Source of the DNA: Candidatus Sumerlaeaceae bacterium
GTDB taxonomy: Bacteria; Sumerlaeota; Sumerlaeia; Sumerlaeales; Sumerlaeaceae
Length of the DNA: 64,000 bases
Reading direction: 5' to 3'
NCBI GenBank assembly: GCA_049968255.1
Contig: JBMFRB010000006.1
Location: 135,800 to 199,799, forward strand
The notes beneath the pieces are model-generated. The model had not been told where the DNA came from, did no database searches, and saw only the letters and a program-made list of their open reading frames with translations. How positions within the stretch are numbered: position 1 is the first letter of the stretch; each line of letters starts with the position of its first letter. Shown here in pieces: positions 19,222-28,121 of the stretch. Both the position numbers and the translations under genes were made by a program.

Positions 19222-20229
19222 TTAGAGACCGGCACTGACAAGATCGTGGAGGTGGATCATGCCGATAGGGCGATAGTCGCTGTCGAGTACAGGGAGGACG
19301 AAGATCTTTCGTGGGCCGTCTTCCATCATGTTGAGTGCCTGAGCAGCCAGTGTGTCCGCAAAAACGTACATTGGGCTGCGAGTCATGAGCGATTCAACCC
19401 TGCGGTCGAGCACCTCGGCCACGGTGGGGGTGCCCTGTTGGGCCTCGCGTTGGAAAATACGGCGGAGATCGCCGTCGGTGATGATGCCGACAAGTCGGCC
19501 GTCGTCGTCCACGACACTGACGGCGCCACACTGTTTTGACGTGATTTCGGCCATAGCCTGTTCAAAGCGCGCGCGATAATGGATGACGGGGTTGCGGTCG
19601 GGTTTCATCACATCGGTCACTTTGAGCAGGAGGCGCTTGCCGAGGGTGCCGCTGGGATGACGCAGGGCAAAGTCCTCGGCATGGAAACCGCGCCGTTCGA
19701 GGAGGACGACCGCAAGAGCATCGCCCATGGCCATGGCAACGGTCGTGCTTGTCGTGGGTGCGAGATTGAGGGGGCAGACCTCGCGTTCGACCCCGATATC
19801 GAGGACCAGATCTGCGTGGCGCGCAAGCTCGCTTTGAAGGTTGCCCGTCATCGCAATAAGGAAATTGTGGTTGCGCTTAAAGTAGGGAAGACAGCCGAGA
19901 ATTTCTTCCGTATTGCCGCTGTTACTCACGGCGATGACAAGGTCATCAGGACTAATCATGCCGAGATCGCCATGGCGGCCTTCCGCAGGATGCATGAAGA
20001 AGGCCGGTGTGCCAGTACTGGCAAGCGTGGCTGCAATTTTCCGGGCAACGATGCCGTGCTTGCCCATGCCAGTGAGCACAACTCGGCCACTGCAGGCCAG
20101 AATTTGCTCGACCGCTCTATCGAAACGGTCGTCAAGGCGATCGGCCACTACGTGTAAAGCTCGCGCTTCCTCGCACAGGACTGCTTTAGCGCGCAGGTGC
20201 GGCTTCATCAGATCTTTCTCGTGATTCAT
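19222..20229 (-). CDS. kdsD: KdsD/KpsF/GutQ arabinose-5-phosphate isomerase (SIS + 2 CBS)
   Basis: TGMGK.G.VARKIAATLASTGTPAFFMHP.E..HGDLG, LAPTTST, HP.G.LG, GIITDGDLRR. Confidence 0.93.
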   Translation of the reverse strand: MNHEKDLMKPHLRAKAVLCEEARALHVVADRLDDRFDRAVEQILACSGRVVLTGMGKHGIVARKIAATLASTGTPAFFMHPAEGRHGDLGMISPDDLVIAVSNSGNTEEILGCLPYFKRNHNFLIAMTGNLQSELARHADLVLDIGVEREVCPLNLAPTTSTTVAMAMGDALAVVLLERRGFHAEDFALRHPSGTLGKRLLLKVTDVMKPDRNPVIHYRARFEQAMAEITSKQCGAVSVVDDDGRLVGIITDGDLRRIFQREAQQGTPTVAEVLDRRVESLMTRSPMYVFADTLAAQALNMMEDGPRKIFVLPVLDSDYRPIGMIHLHDLVSAGL

Positions 20230-20478
20230 AGCTCCTCAGCTCGTTCGCAAAAGACTGGGTCGTCAAGTGCAAGTGATGATCGGAGAAATCGGTCCACGTC
20301 GAGAACATCTTTGTTTCGGCCGAACCTTGATGTGTAATTCAGTTCACTTCAAATGTGTAAGCGCTTACCCATTGCACAGGATTGGCAACCGCGAGCAAGG
20401 TTGGCACTTCCCTCGTGGAGTGCAGCTCAACCTATGAAATTATAGAACTTACTTCTTCCATTGCGACACGTGATTGCC

Positions 20479-20495
20479 TTGGCATGCAGTTCGCT
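20479..20495 (+). promoter_or_regulatory. Putative sigma54 (-24/-12) promoter of the pilin gene
   Basis: TTGGCATGCAGTTCGCT has exact GG-N10-GC spacing and lies about 48 nt upstream of the pilin ATG. Confidence 0.7.
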
Positions 20496-20542
20496 TCACC
20501 AGTGGCGAGTAGCTTGAAATCAAATTGAAAGGAGTCAGAACA

Positions 20543-20929
20543 ATGAAGTACTCAGCCCGCAAGGGTTTCACCCTCGTGGAAATCATGATCGTTGTCGCCA
20601 TTATCGGGATCATCATTGCAATCGCGGTCCCTGCGTTCCTGCGCGCTCGTGAGAATTCGCGCGGTCAAGCCTGCCAGGAAAACCTGTCGAAGATTGACGG
20701 CGCAAAAGAGCAGTATGCTCTGGAGTTCCGTCTGTCCAACGGCGGGACGGTCACAATGGCGGAATTGATTGATCCGCCTGGAGCGACGGCTGGAAATAAA
20801 GAAGGATATTTGAAGGCAGAGCCCAAGTGCCCCTCTGGCGGTACCTATACGGTAAACCCGATTGGGACGAACCCGACGTGCTCCATCGGCTCGAGCAACG
20901 CGCCGTTCACTCCGCACGTTCTGCCGTAA
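20543..20929 (+). CDS. Type IV pilin (probable major pilin)
   Basis: Class III signal MKYSARKG/FTLVEIMIVVAIIGII.AIAVP; RBS AAAGGAG; C-terminal Cys pair. Confidence 0.9.
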   Translation: MKYSARKGFTLVEIMIVVAIIGIIIAIAVPAFLRARENSRGQACQENLSKIDGAKEQYALEFRLSNGGTVTMAELIDPPGATAGNKEGYLKAEPKCPSGGTYTVNPIGTNPTCSIGSSNAPFTPHVLP

Positions 20930-20988
20930 GGTGAGAGGAAGGCTAGCACAAAAAGGCACTTAGAGTTCACCGAGGGGGTGGATCTTTG

Positions 20989-21029
20989 TGGCGGTAGAGG
21001 GGCGGATGTTCCTCTACCGCCAGTGTTTT
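20989..21029 (+). terminator. Intrinsic terminator-like hairpin between the two pilin genes
   Basis: Perfect 12-bp stem TGGCGGTAGAGG / CCTCTACCGCCA with a 10-nt loop, followed by GTGTTTT. Confidence 0.7.
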
Positions 21030-21051
21030 ACTAGCGAAGGGTCGGAACGCC

Positions 21052-21450
21052 ATGCTCTTAGGGACAAAACAATGGTCACGCGGCTTGACCCTCATCGAGG
21101 TTGTGATTGTGCTGGCGATTATTGCCATTATTGTTGCGATTGCGGCGCCTACGTGGCTTCGCCAGCGCGAAAATGCCCGTGGGATTGCCTGTCAGGAGAA
21201 TCTGGTAAAGATCTCCCAAGCCAAAGAGCAATATGCTATGGAGTTTCGGCTTTCAAACGGAGGTACGCTCGTGTATCCAGACGACCTCGTTTCGCCACCT
21301 GGAACAACCGGTTCTAACCAAGGTTTTCTCAAAGTAGTTCCGCGCTGCCCAGCCGACGGTATCTACGCGGCTAATCCTATTGGGGTGGACCCCACCTGCT
21401 CGATTGGCAGCTCCGTCGCTCCCTATGTGCCCCATATCATTCCCCACTAA
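21052..21450 (+). CDS. Type IV pilin paralog
   Basis: SRG/LTLIEVVIVLAII; shares CQENL.KI..AKEQYA.EFRLSNGGT and NPIG..PTCSIGSS with the upstream pilin. Confidence 0.88.
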   Translation: MLLGTKQWSRGLTLIEVVIVLAIIAIIVAIAAPTWLRQRENARGIACQENLVKISQAKEQYAMEFRLSNGGTLVYPDDLVSPPGTTGSNQGFLKVVPRCPADGIYAANPIGVDPTCSIGSSVAPYVPHIIPH

Positions 21451-22540
21451 GAGGCCTGAAAAATCCGAGCTCTCCTGGAAAAGAGCTTTTCTGCTCTCAA
21501 CCATAATGCTCCTCGTATCATAATCCGGCAAAGTGCATACTCTGTGAGTGGAGAAGCACATGAGCCTCTTGTTCTCCAAGCCGGTTTCAACGCGCCCTCG
21601 CATGCTCTCGCATTTTCGACGGAAACCGCAAGCTGAGCCGACCAGTCGAGATGCCCGGCGGCCAACAGGTTCGGAATGAAAGCGCCCGACAAATTTAAGA
21701 GCTGAAATCATTTTTCGTCTGGCCGATGGCCATGAGACGTATCGAGTGCTAGCGTAAGATTTTGCGCAGGCCGGGAATCGCTGTTGCTAAACGAAGACAT
21801 GTTCTGAAACAAATCAGACTCAAGGTTCGACGAAGATTGCGATGGACCAACGCAAGGAAGTTTTGACCCTAGGCGCCGAAGCGGGATTCCTTTCCGCGCT
21901 AGCTTCCACTCCCCTAGCCTGGGCTTCTGCAGGATTAACATCCGCGGAGAAACCTGTTGTCAGCTGCATCAAGGCGAAAGACCGAAATGCACAAACTTCC
22001 CCAAAGAAGTTTGAGAAGCTCGCGGCGACGAAAAAGCAGCAAGCGCAAAGTCCAAGTTCGCCAAAGGCACGACGGCGGCAATGAAGTTTCTACTCGTCCC
22101 GCTGAGAGTCCCTTGAAGGTCGGCGAGGGCTTCCTGATTTAGCCCCCAAATGTCCGTGTGACAGACATCTATTATCAATGTAGTTATGGAGAGACAACCT
22201 TGCTGTAAAGAAGCGAATAGCCGTGCCCGCCCCCTGAGCCGCTGAAGCAAAAGTGGAGTTTGCCAAAGCGTAACCAGCGATCCATAGGCCCCTTTGACCG
22301 ATGAGCTTATTCTTAACTGGCGGGATTGCGCTGAAGTCCAGAGCGCGTCGCAAAAGAGCTTGCGCAATTTGAATGAGTAGAGGCAGGGACCCAGCGAGGC
22401 TTGACACGCTAGGCGCATCGCCACGATAAATTGCGACGGTGCCGGACACGAAGGCTGACATTGGGGTTATGGGCGCATCGGGGCCGAAGACTGCCGCCCA
22501 CCTCTCTACGTTTCCAGAGGCAACTACAGTCAGTAGGGGT

Positions 22541-24124
22541 ATGCGCACCTCTTTGGCGCATGCAACGCTTTGGCTGGCTGTCCTGGTGGCTTATGCTCCA
22601 GTTCTAACCGGGGCTCAACACATCTGGGACGATGAAGCGTTTCTGGGAAATCCATTGTTGCTGAGCCTGAGCGGACTTTTTCGCGTGTGGTTTGACCCTC
22701 GCTCCAACACGTTAGAAGAACATTATTGGCCCGTCACATACACGGTGGCTTATCTCCTTCGCACGGTCTGGGGCTCAAGTCCTGGGGCTTTTCACATCGT
22801 GAACGTTTTGATCCACGCGGGGAACGCATCGCTGGTGTATTCGATCGGCCGGCGGGTGCTTGCTCATCACGCCTTCTGGGGCGCCCTGCTGTTTGCCCTG
22901 CATCCCCTACAGGTCGAATCTGTTGCGTGGATTGTTGAGCTCAAAAACGTTCTGTCGTTTTTCTTGGCCGCGAGTTCATTTCTTGTGTTTCTCTCGCTCG
23001 AAAAGAAACAGACGGGGAAACGGTTGGGCATGGCACTTGGGTGGTCGCTGTTTGTCGCGGCCATGCTTTCAAAAAGCGCTGTGATCACGTGGCCACTTTG
23101 TGCCGGTCTCATCTTGTGGTGTTTGCCCCCCGGCCTTACGAAAACGCGAATCCAGTTCCTGGCGGGTCTGATAGTCGCCGCACTGGCAGTGGGTGCATTT
23201 GATATGTGGTACGCTTCTGCTAGCAAAAGCGCCGTTCCGCGCTTTTCCATCGCGGAGCGTGTCGCTATCTCAGGGACTGGGCTGCTGCATTACTTGCGCA
23301 CCTGGCTGTGGCCCAGCAGCCTCTGCGCAACTTATGCGAAATGGCCCCTAACGCCGCTCGCTTTGACGGTAGCGGTTTGTGTGGGGATCGTGATGGCAGG
23401 GGCTGTCGTTGCGCTCGCACGAAGAGCGTTTCATTCACGAGCGGCGCGGATGGCTTTGGCTTGGCTGGTAGGAACGCTCGCGCTGCTGGCCCCAACGCTT
23501 GGCCTGATTCCGTTCAGCTATCAGCGGCAGTCCTTTGTAGCCGATCGCTTCGCTTATCACGCCAGCGCCATCTTTCTGCCGGGTGTGGTCGCCATCATGG
23601 CTGCTGCATGGGCACGGATGCGATTACCGGCGCGAATAGGCAAAATTGCACTCGTAGTGATCTCTTGTGCGTTGGCCATTTCAACCTTGCACCGCGCTGC
23701 TCTTTATCGAGACGTGGAGTATCTCGCGATCGACACCGCTGAAAAGAATCCTCACGCATGGACGGCTCGCTACTATTTGGGCGATGCCCTCGCACGGCGT
23801 GGTGATTTCGAGAAGGCAATGCGCGAATTTTCGAGCGTGTTCTGGGGCACGCTAGAGACTTTTGGGCGCGACGAAGAGAATCTGCTCCAGCAGCAACTTA
23901 CAAAAGCTGACGCGCAGGATCTGAGAACCCATTATAATCGGGGCCTTTTAGCCGCCCGACGCGGTCGCACCGCCGAAGCGAAAGCCTGTTTTGAGAAAGC
24001 AAGCATTTTGCCCTTGCTACGCGGCCAGGCTGTTCTGGCTATCGCAGCCATTGAACTAAAAAATGGAGAAACCACCAACGCGCTGCGGCGGATACGCGAG
24101 CTCTACGGAGGCGCAACAAGATGA
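22541..24124 (+). CDS. TMTC-like GT-C membrane protein with C-terminal TPRs (putative protein O-mannosyltransferase homolog)
   Basis: IWDDE, HYWPVT, H..N..IH..N, LFALHPLQVESVAWI.E.K, ADRF.Y, TPR tail. Start uncertain (22439, 22469 or 22541). Confidence 0.8.
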   Translation: MRTSLAHATLWLAVLVAYAPVLTGAQHIWDDEAFLGNPLLLSLSGLFRVWFDPRSNTLEEHYWPVTYTVAYLLRTVWGSSPGAFHIVNVLIHAGNASLVYSIGRRVLAHHAFWGALLFALHPLQVESVAWIVELKNVLSFFLAASSFLVFLSLEKKQTGKRLGMALGWSLFVAAMLSKSAVITWPLCAGLILWCLPPGLTKTRIQFLAGLIVAALAVGAFDMWYASASKSAVPRFSIAERVAISGTGLLHYLRTWLWPSSLCATYAKWPLTPLALTVAVCVGIVMAGAVVALARRAFHSRAARMALAWLVGTLALLAPTLGLIPFSYQRQSFVADRFAYHASAIFLPGVVAIMAAAWARMRLPARIGKIALVVISCALAISTLHRAALYRDVEYLAIDTAEKNPHAWTARYYLGDALARRGDFEKAMREFSSVFWGTLETFGRDEENLLQQQLTKADAQDLRTHYNRGLLAARRGRTAEAKACFEKASILPLLRGQAVLAIAAIELKNGETTNALRRIRELYGGATR

Positions 24125-25770
24125 GCATGCCAAGCCCCGCGACCTCGCCCAGGCACAGTCCGCTGTTGAGCGCGTTGCTCCGGTGGGGACCACCGCTGAC
24201 CCTCGTCATTCTCGCGATAGCGGCTCACGCAGTGTCGCTGGGCGGGGGCTTTTTCTGGGATGATTACAGCTTGGCACAGGGAGACCTCCTCAATCGCCCG
24301 CTTGCAGAGTTCTGGAAATATCCGCCCACAATAGCACTTGAAGAACATTATTGGCCAGTGACTTATACAGGATTCTGGCTGCTGCATAAGCTTAGCGGCC
24401 TTGATCCGTTCACGTTTCGTTTCGCGAACATTTTACTCCATGCGGCTAATGTGCTTTTGGTGTTTCTGTTGCTGCGCCAACTGCGAATTGGCAGTGCGTG
24501 GTTGGGTGCGGCGCTTTTTGCTGTGCATCCCGTACACGTGGAGAGTGTGGCTTGGATTATCGAGCTAAAGGATGTCTTGTCTGCTTTCTGGCTACTGCTG
24601 GCAACGGTCGCATTCGTTCAACAGAACTCTTTGCAATCGCCTGCGTTGCGTGCAGTTGGCTTGATAGCGGCGGGCACCCTTTATGTGTTAGCAGTGTGGA
24701 GCAAGACGGTGGCGATTGGGTGGCCAGTTGCCATGGGAGTTCTCTTGGCTGCATACCTGCCTGACCGAATCAAAAAACATGACATTGCCTTGACGGTCTA
24801 CGTTTTCCTCGGAGCGATTCTGCTGTGGCTCGACTTGAGGGTGACCGCTCGTGTGGCTCATGCCACGATTTCACTCTCAGCAGTCGAACGCCTCGAACTG
24901 GTAGGACGGACTTTTTGGTGGTATGTGGCTAAGCTCATCTGGCCCGTTCCTCTGCTTGCCCTTTATCCGCGTTGGCAACTCGGCGGCAGTAGTTTTACGC
25001 ACTTTTGGCCGAGCGTGGCCTTGTTCGCGGCAGCAGGCGGTGCGACAATTTGCTGGTTTCGTTTGCCAAGCGCTCGCCCGCTCGTGGCATGGCTGGTATG
25101 GTTCGTCATTTTTCTTGGGCCGACATTAGGAATCATCCCCCACAGCTTCATGGTTCATTCCTTCGTTGCGGACCGTTACCTCTATCTGGCGTCCATGGCA
25201 CCGTGTGCTTTGGCGGCGATGGGATACACATATGTTTCAAAACGCTACGCTGGCCAGCGCTTACTAAGGTTGAAACTCGCTGGGTTTGCAGCAGTTGTTC
25301 TCACAATTTATTTTTCGCTTAGCATGATGCATTCGGCACTTTATGCGCAACCGACGAAACTTCTCCGACACACACTGGCGCATAATCCCAACGCCGCCAA
25401 TCTCCTGGTGATGCTGGGTGCGACGCTTGCGCAACGCGGTGAGCTAGAGGAGTCTGCCCAGTGTTTCCGTAAAGCGAAGACGTTGGCTCCCGACGAACTC
25501 GCGGCGCGAGCCAATCTTGCGGTGATAAGCTGGCAGCTGGGTGACGTAGAAACCGCGCTGGAGGAGACTTCGGCTGTTCTTGGTGTTTTGCCCCGTCACT
25601 CATTGAGCTGGTCCGTGTATGCGGCTGCTCTGGCGGCAAAAGGCAAGACCGAGGAAGCCCAACGAGCGGCACGCCGTGCCCTCGAGCTCAATCCGGAGCA
25701 ACAGTTGGCGCGCAAGGTCCTGCAAGGCGAAATCACAACTGCACCTTTGCCGAAACGGCGCAAAAACTAG
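24121..25770 (+). CDS. Second TMTC-like GT-C/TPR protein (tandem paralog)
   Basis: FWDDY, EEHYWPVTY, LFAVHPVHVESVAWIIELKD, VADRYLYL, TPRs; ATGA-coupled to the previous gene. Confidence 0.82.
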   Translation: MSMPSPATSPRHSPLLSALLRWGPPLTLVILAIAAHAVSLGGGFFWDDYSLAQGDLLNRPLAEFWKYPPTIALEEHYWPVTYTGFWLLHKLSGLDPFTFRFANILLHAANVLLVFLLLRQLRIGSAWLGAALFAVHPVHVESVAWIIELKDVLSAFWLLLATVAFVQQNSLQSPALRAVGLIAAGTLYVLAVWSKTVAIGWPVAMGVLLAAYLPDRIKKHDIALTVYVFLGAILLWLDLRVTARVAHATISLSAVERLELVGRTFWWYVAKLIWPVPLLALYPRWQLGGSSFTHFWPSVALFAAAGGATICWFRLPSARPLVAWLVWFVIFLGPTLGIIPHSFMVHSFVADRYLYLASMAPCALAAMGYTYVSKRYAGQRLLRLKLAGFAAVVLTIYFSLSMMHSALYAQPTKLLRHTLAHNPNAANLLVMLGATLAQRGELEESAQCFRKAKTLAPDELAARANLAVISWQLGDVETALEETSAVLGVLPRHSLSWSVYAAALAAKGKTEEAQRAARRALELNPEQQLARKVLQGEITTAPLPKRRKN

Positions 25771-26558
25771 TTGCGAAAAAGAAGCATCTTGAGGGTCTCA
25801 TACACGGTGCGAAGCAGAGGCAGTTTGCTGCGGCCACGCTTGCGGTCGTAGCGCAACACGAATGGGACCTCCGTCATCCGCTTGGTAAGAGTGCTGAGAT
25901 GAACCAGGAGTTCGTCGGTGCAGGCAAACCCTTTGCGCGTGACAATACGTTCCCCATACTTGTCGTAGGCTGCGCGCAAAAGCGCCGCACGATATGCGCG
26001 ATAGCCGCATGTGTAATCGGTGACATCGGGAAGACGCAAAAAAACGCGAAACAACCAACGGGCGCCACGGCTGAGAAGTCTTCGCTGCCAAGGCACGCCT
26101 AGCTCTTGGCTACCATCGCGAAATCGTGAAGCAATGACAACATCATAAGGGCCGTCCCACAGTTTTTTCACCATGTTTGGCACGTAGGCAGGATCGTGTG
26201 TGTTGTCCGCATCCATAAACACAATAGCGTCGTCTGGGGTTGCGACGCGTTCAAGGGCTGCCACAATAAGCGTGCGAATTGCGGCGCCCAGCCCACGATT
26301 GCCTTCATGGGCAATCCGTTCTAAGGGAAGAGATTTTTGCAGATCGGCGAGCACCTGGGCCGTATGATCCGTCGAGCCGTCGTCAACAACGACGACACGG
26401 TAGTGAAGTCCTTCATTAGCGAAGATTTGTGCTGCCGCTTCGATGAGCGGCCGGAGATTATCGCCTTCATTGTAGGCTGGTAACGCCAAAATCACCTGCG
26501 GGCGCCGCACAGCACCCGAAACGGGATCGTAGTGGTGGGGACGCGCCGTCGGGTTCAC
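25767..26558 (-). CDS. GT2 glycosyltransferase, DPM1/polyprenol-phosphate sugar synthase-like
   Basis: LPAYNE, VVDDGSTD.T, N.GLG.A, FMDADNTHDP, VIASRF, D.TCGYRAYR, R..G.SK. GTG start overlaps the patatin stop. Confidence 0.85.
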   Translation of the reverse strand: MNPTARPHHYDPVSGAVRRPQVILALPAYNEGDNLRPLIEAAAQIFANEGLHYRVVVVDDGSTDHTAQVLADLQKSLPLERIAHEGNRGLGAAIRTLIVAALERVATPDDAIVFMDADNTHDPAYVPNMVKKLWDGPYDVVIASRFRDGSQELGVPWQRRLLSRGARWLFRVFLRLPDVTDYTCGYRAYRAALLRAAYDKYGERIVTRKGFACTDELLVHLSTLTKRMTEVPFVLRYDRKRGRSKLPLLRTVYETLKMLLFRN

Positions 26559-27877
26559 TCGCCAAACACTGCCTGAATGATCTCGGCGCGATGCGCTTTC
26601 ACAATTTCTTCCGCCGCACAAAGAATGCGATACCAGTCCATCTCGGAAATGTAGAGCTGGGGCATCGGATCGAGTCCTTGAGCATGAGGTGACTCCCACA
26701 GCGGCAGGCGCACCACGCGGATGCGCGGCGTGGCGTTGTACATGAGGAAGGCCAGGGTTTGAGAGCGGCTGCCCTGAATGAAGTTTGCATGTTCGGCATA
26801 TTTAGCCGATCCTACATAGCCGTTGGGGTCTTTGAGCCGTTTGGGCACCAATGGTGCAGAGGCATCAAGCGCAATAACGACGAGCCTCGAGTTTTCACGT
26901 GCGGCACGCGCCATGAATAATTGCACGAGGCTGTCCACACCGCTGTTGTCCGAAACGCCACCATCGGCGATGTGAACGTAGCCGCCCGTTGCATAGTTGC
27001 GGATGGTGAGTGGCCCGGGGAGAACAGGGAATGCGCTGGATGCTGCAACAGCGCTGGCGATGCGAAAGCTCGATATGTCCGAATTAATCCCGTCGAAGCC
27101 CAACGCACGGTAGCTTGGCGAGGTCATGGCAGTGGCAAGGATTCCAAGGATGGGGTCGTTTTGGAAGAGCTGCGGTCTCACGCTAAAATTCTTCGCGACC
27201 TCAAGGTTTGTGAACACAAACCGCTCTCCGGTGTCGAGAACGGTTCCGTTAATGAGCGTGACCGGAGCTTCGCCTGCTGCCTCGCGGCGCGCAAGATCGC
27301 CAAATGTTTGACCGAGGAACAGATGCTCGTCGAAGGTATTCGCGAGCGTCTGGGCAAACCGGTAGCGCGTGTAGTATTTGAGGACCCCTTCCCAAGGATG
27401 GCTAAGGTAATGAGCCCAGCCACGCATCCAGAAATCTACTGTCATGTGCGACTTAAACTGGCGGAAGAACGCTTCCTTCTCCTGAGGATTGCGGAAACGC
27501 GAAGGCTTGTAGAGTGCGTAATAGGCAGCTGCCATGCTTCCCGCAGAGACGCCAGAAATCACTTCAGCTCGTTCGAGGACGGACTGTGATTCGGCCCGCG
27601 GCAGATAGGCCAATTGCTCCATGGCACCGGCCGCAAAGACTGCTGAGCGTGTGCCACCGCCGCTAATGGCGATGCAGACGTTGACCGGTTTGTTCATTAC
27701 GGGTGGCTGAGGCGGTCGCTTGTAGCCCGGTGCGTTGTCGAAGACGAAAAAGGGGATGGTTCCAAAGTGCCAGCGAAACTGATCGAGTCGGTCGCCAAGC
27801 ATGACACAGCCGGCCAGCAGCGACGCAATCGTCAGTGCCGCCGCGAATTTGGGTAACGTTGTCGCATGCATCTTCAC
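26555..27877 (-). CDS. Patatin-like phospholipase, predicted lipoprotein
   Basis: Lipobox LAGC; ISGGGTRS oxyanion loop, GVSAG nucleophile motif, DGG motif. Confidence 0.85.
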   Translation of the reverse strand: MKMHATTLPKFAAALTIASLLAGCVMLGDRLDQFRWHFGTIPFFVFDNAPGYKRPPQPPVMNKPVNVCIAISGGGTRSAVFAAGAMEQLAYLPRAESQSVLERAEVISGVSAGSMAAAYYALYKPSRFRNPQEKEAFFRQFKSHMTVDFWMRGWAHYLSHPWEGVLKYYTRYRFAQTLANTFDEHLFLGQTFGDLARREAAGEAPVTLINGTVLDTGERFVFTNLEVAKNFSVRPQLFQNDPILGILATAMTSPSYRALGFDGINSDISSFRIASAVAASSAFPVLPGPLTIRNYATGGYVHIADGGVSDNSGVDSLVQLFMARAARENSRLVVIALDASAPLVPKRLKDPNGYVGSAKYAEHANFIQGSRSQTLAFLMYNATPRIRVVRLPLWESPHAQGLDPMPQLYISEMDWYRILCAAEEIVKAHRAEIIQAVFGE

Positions 27878-28121
27878 AGGGGCAAAACCCTTTTTTCGCT
27901 AGAGTCACTCACACAAGTTGTTTCTGACATGTAGCAAGAGACTTCCCTAACGCAAACGGAAAAAGTTCGCAGCTAAACCCGCTCTCAGGACAAATAGGGA
28001 TCGCATGAAGAAATTTGCTTGCGTCGCACTGAGAATTCACGTCGCTCGTGGGTGTTAGCAAAACCCGACTGAACGCTGCGCCGCGGGCGCGAATTGCATT
28101 TTCCAGGAGAAGGCACCAATC

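Noticed and set aside
20381-20418. Additional sigma54 promoters at TTGGCAAC and TTGGCACT
   Set aside because: The GC is not at GG-N10-GC spacing, so these were kept only as a possible activator palindrome.
22086-22119. GTTTCTACTCGTCCCGCTGAGAGTCCCTTGAAGG looks like a CRISPR repeat (GTTTC start; GAAAC end on the reverse strand)
   Set aside because: I found only one copy, with no repeat-spacer periodicity and no cas genes in the window.
22075-22140. Resemblance to a fluoride riboswitch (GGCAATGAAGT...GGCTTCCTG) or 6S RNA
   Set aside because: The P1 stem cannot form, no fluoride-related gene follows, and no long 6S-like rod is evident.
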